In this document: one piece after another, positions 34,312-38,921 of the stretch
Layout: the number at the start of each line of letters is the position of its first letter
How positions within the stretch are numbered: the first letter of the stretch is position 1
Virus record (IMG/VR): IMGVR_UViG_3300037309_000303
Coordinates: 1 to 38,921 of that record
DNA length: 38,921 nucleotides
Direction: 5' to 3' (one strand)
From: a virus
Taxonomy: Duplodnaviria; Caudoviricetes
Notes under the pieces: generated by a model
Seen by the model: the letters and a program-made list of their open reading frames with translations, nothing else
What the model was told of the DNA's origin: nothing
Databases searched by the model: none
Translations under genes and position numbers: made by a program

Positions 34312-35049
34312 CAGCGGTGCCCTCCCGATTGCCGCACCAGCGCGCCGAGCCGCGCGGTCTGGCTGCGCAACTGCGCGTCGCGCCGCGCGTCCTGCGCGAG
34401 ATTGACGGCGAAGCGCTGGATCATGTTCTGCACCGTCGCCCGGCGAAAACCGGTCGCGTGCACGATCTGGTCGATGCTCTCGCCCGCATCGTGGCGATCC
34501 AGCACAATCCGTTCGATCGGGTAGAGCGCTCTCCCCGATCCGCACGAAGTGCAGCGGCGCACCATCGGGCGCGCGCGGAATCGCAACCGGCCGCAGCAGC
34601 GTGATCCCGCGATGCTGCCCGTCATCCAGCGCGATCGCGCCGCTCGCCCGCAGCGCCAGAAGGATGCGCTGGATGTAGCTGGTGCTCTCGCGCGCGGTGG
34701 CGATCCCGTCCGCGATTTCGCGCTTGCTGGGCGGGATGCCGTTGCGTTCGATGTAGCCGGTGATGAAGCGCAGCGCGTCCTGCTGGCGCTGGGTCAGGCC
34801 AAAGCCGCGCGTGCCGCACCCATCCGAGCCGGACACCGGGATCAGGACCTCGATCGCGCGGGTGCGGCAGCGCAGCGTGCGGATCGCGCCGCGCTCGGCA
34901 AGCCCGGTCAGCAGCCTTGCTGAGGAAGCCTTGCTGCGCAAACCCAGACCTTCGGCGATCTCGCGGCGCGAGGGCGAAAAGCCCCTTTCGGCCTGGAACC
35001 GCGCGATAAAGCGCAGCGCGTCCAGCTGGCGCGGGGTCAGCCCGATCAT
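34087..35049 (-). CDS. Protein with two tandem LexA-type DNA-binding domains, reading through to HTH paralog B
   Basis: GLTPRQLDALRFI...SPSRREIA and GLTQRQQDALRFI...PPSKREIA; no peptidase domain. Confidence 0.7.
   Translation of the reverse strand: MIGLTPRQLDALRFIARFQAERGFSPSRREIAEGLGLRSKASSARLLTGLAERGAIRTLRCRTRAIEVLIPVSGSDGCGTRGFGLTQRQQDALRFITGYIERNGIPPSKREIADGIATARESTSYIQRILLALRASGAIALDDGQHRGITLLRPVAIPRAPDGAPLHFVRIGESALPDRTDCAGSPRCGREHRPDRARDRFSPGDGAEHDPALRRQSRAGRAARRAVAQPDRAARRAGAAIGRAPLMPGMTPGEQAVLSRFELGQTAAEIAADLNIPRRRAERLIQMYDADPAHDHHREALIRRGSQTLLAKIRKAGGHR
34311..34535 (-). pseudogene. Small HTH protein (paralog A) lacking a clean start codon
   Basis: GESIDQIVHATGFRRATVQNMI; ends QSGGHR*; +1 frame relative to LexA-like ORF. 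Confidence 0.45.
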
Positions 35050-35189
35050 CGCACCGCGCTCCTTGCGGTGCGGCGCAGCTGCTCGGTCAGCGCCGCGCGC
35101 TGCTGGATGCGGCGGATCGCGGGGAAGCGATCGAGCCCCGCCTCGCGCATCTCGCGCGCGATCGCCTCTTCTGATGGCAACCGGCTCAC
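35046..35189 (-). CDS. Small hypothetical protein, 47 aa
   Basis: GTGA/ATGA overlaps at both ends. Confidence 0.5.
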   Translation of the reverse strand: MSRLPSEEAIAREMREAGLDRFPAIRRIQQRAALTEQLRRTARSAVR

Positions 35190-35305
35190 CACGGGCGCTC
35201 TCCCGTGAACAGGGCAATGAACGTGCCCAGCCACCAGATCACGCCGGGCGCGATCAGCGCCACGATGGCGAGCGCCAGGGCGCATTCGAACAGAACGCTA
35301 CGCAT
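35186..35305 (-). CDS. Small membrane peptide, 39 aa (MRSVLFECALALAIVALIAPGVIWWLG...)
   Basis: Not in ORF track; TGATG and GTGA overlaps; RBS GAGGAGG. Confidence 0.55.
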   Translation of the reverse strand: MRSVLFECALALAIVALIAPGVIWWLGTFIALFTGERPW

Positions 35306-35994
35306 CAGAGCGCCTCCTCAAGGCTCAGGATTTCCGAATTGCGGTGGAGCGGCGGCAGCCAGATCGTGCGCGTCTGGCCGGGCTTGGTCGGGCGCTGCAC
35401 GTCCCAGACGATCCAGCAGTAATCGACCATGCCGCCCCCGAAGGCGCGCTTGCCCATCGCCGCGATCCGGTCACCGGGTGGCATCGAGGGGCGCTGGCAC
35501 AGGTGCAGCACCGCCTGCGGCGGGTGATCGGTGAACAGCTGGTAGCGGGTCTGCGAGGCGAGCCACTTGCTCGGCACAAGCACGCAGACCCGGCGCGAAG
35601 TCAGCGCCAGCGCGCGCCGGACGAAGGCCTCCAGGATGCCCTTGCGGTAGCTGTAAGGCGGGTTGAAGACGAAGCTGCAGGCGACAGGCGCGGCCTCGGT
35701 TTCGAGGAAGTCGCGGGTCTCGAAATAGAACGCGCCGCCATCGCCGGGCAGGAAGTTGCCCTTGGCGAGGTTGTCGACGAGGTCCGAGCCGATCACCGGC
35801 ACCTTGCGCCAGAACGCCGCGAGCAGCGTGTTGCCCATGCCGCAGCACGGGTCCCAGATCGCGAGGCCCTCGTCCTGCTCAAGCGCGAAGTCATCGAGCG
35901 CCAGCGCGAGCTGATCGGCGCACCAGTGCTCGTCGACATACCAGTCGAGAGGGTGGCGCTTCGAGGGCCGACCGGAGGAGATTTCACCGCGCAT
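35305..35994 (-). CDS. Orphan amino (N6-adenine/N4-cytosine) DNA methyltransferase
   Basis: IWDPCCGMG (motif I) then FNPPY (motif IV); DYCWIVWD. Confidence 0.8.
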   Translation of the reverse strand: MRGEISSGRPSKRHPLDWYVDEHWCADQLALALDDFALEQDEGLAIWDPCCGMGNTLLAAFWRKVPVIGSDLVDNLAKGNFLPGDGGAFYFETRDFLETEAAPVACSFVFNPPYSYRKGILEAFVRRALALTSRRVCVLVPSKWLASQTRYQLFTDHPPQAVLHLCQRPSMPPGDRIAAMGKRAFGGGMVDYCWIVWDVQRPTKPGQTRTIWLPPLHRNSEILSLEEAL

Positions 35995-36137
35995 CAGCGG
36001 AACCTCCGATTGTGCCAAGCTAGCGTGAGCAGGAGGTGCAGCCGCCCGATAACGATCTCGATTTCGGGGCCTTCGGCCTCACCGTCGTCCCGACAAAGTG
36101 TGGCTTCTGAGAAGCGGATGGAGAGCAGCTTACGCAT
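35994..36137 (-). CDS. Small hypothetical protein, 47 aa
   Basis: Overlaps ParB stop, TGATG-coupled to MTase. Confidence 0.45.
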   Translation of the reverse strand: MRKLLSIRFSEATLCRDDGEAEGPEIEIVIGRLHLLLTLAWHNRRFR

Positions 36138-37305
36138 CGCCGCTCTCCGCCATGTCGAAGACCACCGCCTGCGCTTCGCGGCGCACCTTGGCCAACTCCT
36201 CGTCGTCGACCGGAGCACCTTCGAGCAGCTTGTTGATCGTGACGATCGCCGCGGCGAGCGCTTCCGAAGCCTGCGCCACCCCAACCTTGCGCGGGCGATC
36301 ATCGCCCAGATCGGCGTCGAGCCGGTCGCGCAGCGCCCGCTTCAGATCGGGGGTCAGCAGCGCCGCGAACTGCGGGATGAACTGCCGCTTCTGCGCAATG
36401 TCGAGCCGCCCCCAACCGCCCACGATCGCGTTGACATGCTTCTGGTGCGCGACCGGCGTGGCATCGGGCCGGAAACCCTCCAGCCCCGCCGCGATCTTGG
36501 CATCCTCGACCCCGATCTCGGGATCGGCGAGCAGCTGCTCGATCACCTTGCGGCGCAGCCCCTCGTCCTTCACCTGCGCGATGGCCTTCAGCTGCGCGCC
36601 ATTCTCCCCCACCACCGGATGCTTCGCGAGCGCCTCGGCAAGGTCGGGAAAGGGCTGGATGATCAGGCGATAGAGGGTGAGGTCGCGGCGGATCGTCCGC
36701 TGGTCTCGGCCAAGCGCATCGGCCACCGATTCCTGCCAGCCATATACGGCGGACATCGTGTCCGCCGTATCAATGGTCTCCTGCTGGAGAGCCTGATCGG
36801 CGGTCTCCTCTCCATGCTTGACCCGATCCCATCGAGCCTTGGTGGCCAGCTGCTGCTGAGATAGATTCCCGTGTTGACGGGCAAGCCTCTCCTGCGCGGC
36901 GGTCACTAACGCGGCAGTGAATGCAGCGCGCTCCAGCGGCCCAAGTGGGGGGCGGTCAAGGTTCTCCGAGGCTTCGAGGTCGACAAGGTCTTCAGCCTTG
37001 CCGCTCACCTCAATCGCGAAGATCGTGATCCCCTCGACTTCGGCACCCTTCAGCCGGTGACGGCCGACAACCAGCCTCCAAGGCTGCTTGCCCTGGGCGG
37101 CGACGTCGGCGATCGACTTGCTCGGCAGATTGCGTGCCACCATGATCGGCGTACGCTGCCCGTCGACCGCCATCAGGCGACCCAGCGCCACAGCCTTGTC
37201 CTCGTGGTAGAAGCCGATCCGCTCAGGGACCATCACGTCCGACGGAGCGATCTCGATCAGTTCCGCACCCTGCAGCAGCGGGTGCCGTTTCGCCCGACCG
37301 CTCAT
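36130..37305 (-). CDS. ParB/RepB/Spo0J-like protein
   Basis: GQRTPIMV...LVVGRHRLKG, EASENLDRPPL..LERA, HTH VADALGRDQRTIRR. Confidence 0.8.
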   Translation of the reverse strand: MSGRAKRHPLLQGAELIEIAPSDVMVPERIGFYHEDKAVALGRLMAVDGQRTPIMVARNLPSKSIADVAAQGKQPWRLVVGRHRLKGAEVEGITIFAIEVSGKAEDLVDLEASENLDRPPLGPLERAAFTAALVTAAQERLARQHGNLSQQQLATKARWDRVKHGEETADQALQQETIDTADTMSAVYGWQESVADALGRDQRTIRRDLTLYRLIIQPFPDLAEALAKHPVVGENGAQLKAIAQVKDEGLRRKVIEQLLADPEIGVEDAKIAAGLEGFRPDATPVAHQKHVNAIVGGWGRLDIAQKRQFIPQFAALLTPDLKRALRDRLDADLGDDRPRKVGVAQASEALAAAIVTINKLLEGAPVDDEELAKVRREAQAVVFDMAESGDA

Positions 37306-37928
37306 TTCGCACCCCCACTTAGACGATGCGCGGCGTCGGTCGGCGGGTTAGGCTCACCATCATCAACAGCAGGAGGAAGATCGTGACTATTGAAACCGAA
37401 TTGGCCGAGCTCAAAGATGCGCTCAGCAAGACGCAGGCGCGCCTTGAGGCGCTCGGCGCGTTGCAGGTCGCTATGAGCCTCGTGCTCGAGGAGCTTGATC
37501 CCGAATACTCGGAGAAGGTTTTTCAGCGGCTTCGCGTGATGGCGAAGCTTGCGCACCAAGAGGGAGACGACGCTCAGGGGCGCGTCATCGTCGCGGTCAT
37601 GCATCAACTGGACGAGCAGCTCCGCCTGAAGGCTAACGACTGATGCGCGGCGCGCGACACCTCGTTCGCGGGCCTCACGCGCAAGCGCCGCGACGCCTGC
37701 CGGAGCGACGAACCCCGTGTCCGCCATCAGATGCGCTGCGTATTTGCGCGCCTTCTCCTCGTCGCCTTGCCAGAAGGTCACCATCTGATCTTCGACACCG
37801 GGCAACCGCAGAGAAACCCACTGCCCGGCGAGCTTCATGCTCTCGGGCGACCAGTACCGACGCTCGCCAAAAAGCAGAGTGCCATCACGGCCGATCTTCT
37901 TCCCGACGGGGTGAGGCCAAGCGCTCAT
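37302..37928 (-). CDS. Protein whose N-terminal ~90 aa is a stand-alone paralog of the MuA C-terminal domain
   Basis: GTLLFGERRYWSP...LMADTGF...AG matches MuA GVLELEGNRYWHP...LLADTGF...AG; ATGA overlaps both sides. Confidence 0.65.
   Translation of the reverse strand: MSAWPHPVGKKIGRDGTLLFGERRYWSPESMKLAGQWVSLRLPGVEDQMVTFWQGDEEKARKYAAHLMADTGFVAPAGVAALAREARERGVARRASVVSLQAELLVQLMHDRDDDAPLSVVSLLVRKLRHHAKPLKNLLRVFGIKLLEHEAHSDLQRAERLKARLRLAERIFELGQFGFNSHDLPPAVDDGEPNPPTDAAHRLSGGAK
37383..37643 (+). CDS. Antisense 86-aa helical protein nested in the 37302-37928 ORF
   Basis: AGGAGG at 37371-37376, GTG at 37383; amphipathic heptads TELAELKDALSKTQARLEAL. Confidence 0.65.
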   Translation: MTIETELAELKDALSKTQARLEALGALQVAMSLVLEELDPEYSEKVFQRLRVMAKLAHQEGDDAQGRVIVAVMHQLDEQLRLKAND

Positions 37929-38146
37929 GCCGCCACCGCCTTCCCGCGGCCCGCAGGTTGTGCCGCAGCATCTTCGGCCAGGACAGATTCGACCGCGTCG
38001 CTCACCCTTTGCGAGGTGCGCCCGCGGAAGAGGTCGCTCACGCCGGTCCGAGGCAGGTCGTGCGCGGCCACAAAGCGGGAGATCGTGCCGTATCGCTTAC
38101 GAATTACGGCCTTGACGTCCTCGGGGTGCATCTGTTCCAACAGCAT
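37925..38146 (-). CDS. Ner/Cro-like HTH regulator
   Basis: MHPEDVKAVIRKRYGTISRF motif; divergent from repressor. Confidence 0.8.
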   Translation of the reverse strand: MLLEQMHPEDVKAVIRKRYGTISRFVAAHDLPRTGVSDLFRGRTSQRVSDAVESVLAEDAAAQPAGRGKAVAA

Positions 38147-38156
38147 TCGGCAATGT

Positions 38157-38223
38157 CCAAAATCTTGTCCCTATTTTTTGGACCATGCACCAGAATATTG
38201 GACCTTTCAACCCAGAAATTTGG
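38157..38223. promoter_or_regulatory. Lysis/lysogeny switch: four 12-bp operator-like sites, consensus CCA-N6(AT-rich)-TGG
   Basis: CCAAAATCTTGT 38157, CCTATTTTTTGG 38170, CCAGAATATTGG 38190, CCAGAAATTTGG 38212. Confidence 0.7.
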
Positions 38224-38231
38224 GGCGTGTG

Positions 38232-38921
38232 GTGATTGACGATTCCGCGCTCCGTCTGCGCGAGGAAAGAGAGCGCCTAGGCTTCAGCCAAAAGGCCTTT
38301 GGTCAGCTGGCCGGTGTGTCGAAAAACACCCAGCTTGCTTACGAGAGCGGTGCGTCCTCAATCCCGCTGAGCTATCTTTCCAAGCTTGAGGGATCGGGTC
38401 TCGATATTGGTTTCGTCGCCACCGGACATCGCGGCACGAAGTCGGCAGCGGGCGAGATCCGCCTTGACTATCGTCCGCAAGAACCCGCCCCCGTCTTCGG
38501 CCAGCCATTTCCGGACTCGGTCCCGGTTCGCGAGATCGACCTCAGCTTCGGCATGGGCGCGACCTATCTCGATGTTCCGATCACCGAGGAAGTCCATCAC
38601 TTTCCCCGCGCCTGGCTGCGCCGCTACACCCGCTCCGCGCCCGACAAGCTCTTCTTCGCCCAGGGCATCGGCGACAGCATGGAGCCCACCCTTCACGATA
38701 GCGATCTGCTCCTGATCGACACCGATCAGCGCCAGCTCGTCAGCGCCGATCGCATCTGGGTGCTCACCTATGCCGATTGCGGCATGATCAAGCGCCTCCG
38801 CCCTGTCCCTGGCGGCGGTGTTGAAGTATGGTCCGACAAGAAGGAGGTCTCCCCCTTCACCGCCTATGACGGCGAGATCGAGATCATCGGCCGCGTCGTC
38901 GCAGTCCAGAGGAAGCTATGA
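38232..38921 (+). CDS. CI-like repressor: XRE HTH plus S24 peptidase domain (start GTG 38229 or 38232)
   Basis: RLREERERLGFSQKAFG...YESG; GDSMEP (Ser), MIKRL (Lys). Confidence 0.92.
   Translation: MIDDSALRLREERERLGFSQKAFGQLAGVSKNTQLAYESGASSIPLSYLSKLEGSGLDIGFVATGHRGTKSAAGEIRLDYRPQEPAPVFGQPFPDSVPVREIDLSFGMGATYLDVPITEEVHHFPRAWLRRYTRSAPDKLFFAQGIGDSMEPTLHDSDLLLIDTDQRQLVSADRIWVLTYADCGMIKRLRPVPGGGVEVWSDKKEVSPFTAYDGEIEIIGRVVAVQRKL

Larger units (their letters stand above)
244..38921 (-). mobile_element. Mu-like (transposable) prophage with siphovirus tail; repressor-proximal end lies beyond the window
   Basis: MuA, MuB, GemA, Mor/C, Gam, Mu gp26/27/28 homologs plus complete head/tail/lysis modules in Mu-like order; no integrase; left coordinate is tentative (TGT at 244). 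Confidence 0.92.

Noticed and set aside
37731-38228. Long N-terminal extension of the repressor ORF (396 aa in track)
   Set aside because: Overlaps ner and the operator region; HTH starts just after GTG 38229/38232

Overview
High-GC alphaproteobacterial (sphingomonad/erythrobacter-like, inferred from gene style only) sequence. After a host DUF465 gene (1-210), essentially the whole window is a Mu-like transposable prophage read mostly on the minus strand. From right to left it carries: a CI-type repressor / Ner-like switch with four operator-like sites; an early operon (stand-alone MuA C-terminal-domain paralog, two ParB-like proteins, amino-MTase, tandem LexA-DBD/HTH proteins, MuA transposase, MuB ATPase, GemA, Mor/C activator); lysis genes (endolysin, nested Rz/Rz1, DksA/TraR, holin-like); Mu gp25-28 packaging genes; an HK97-type head (portal fused to a gpF-like domain, protease, capsid); and a non-contractile tail. 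One prophage end is probably at about 244 and the other lies beyond the window. Most unusual: (i) a second tail-tube gene fused to an Ig-like domain and about 700 aa of beta-helix/choice-of-anchor-like cargo; (ii) a free-standing copy of the MuA C-terminal domain overlapped by an antisense gene; (iii) gam moved into the tail-fibre region; (iv) RBS-sequestering RNA leaders on the terminal methylase and on the capsid gene, the latter tied to a palindromic late-promoter box; (v) a Mu terminase paired with an HK97 head. All family calls come from motif recognition by eye, without database searches.
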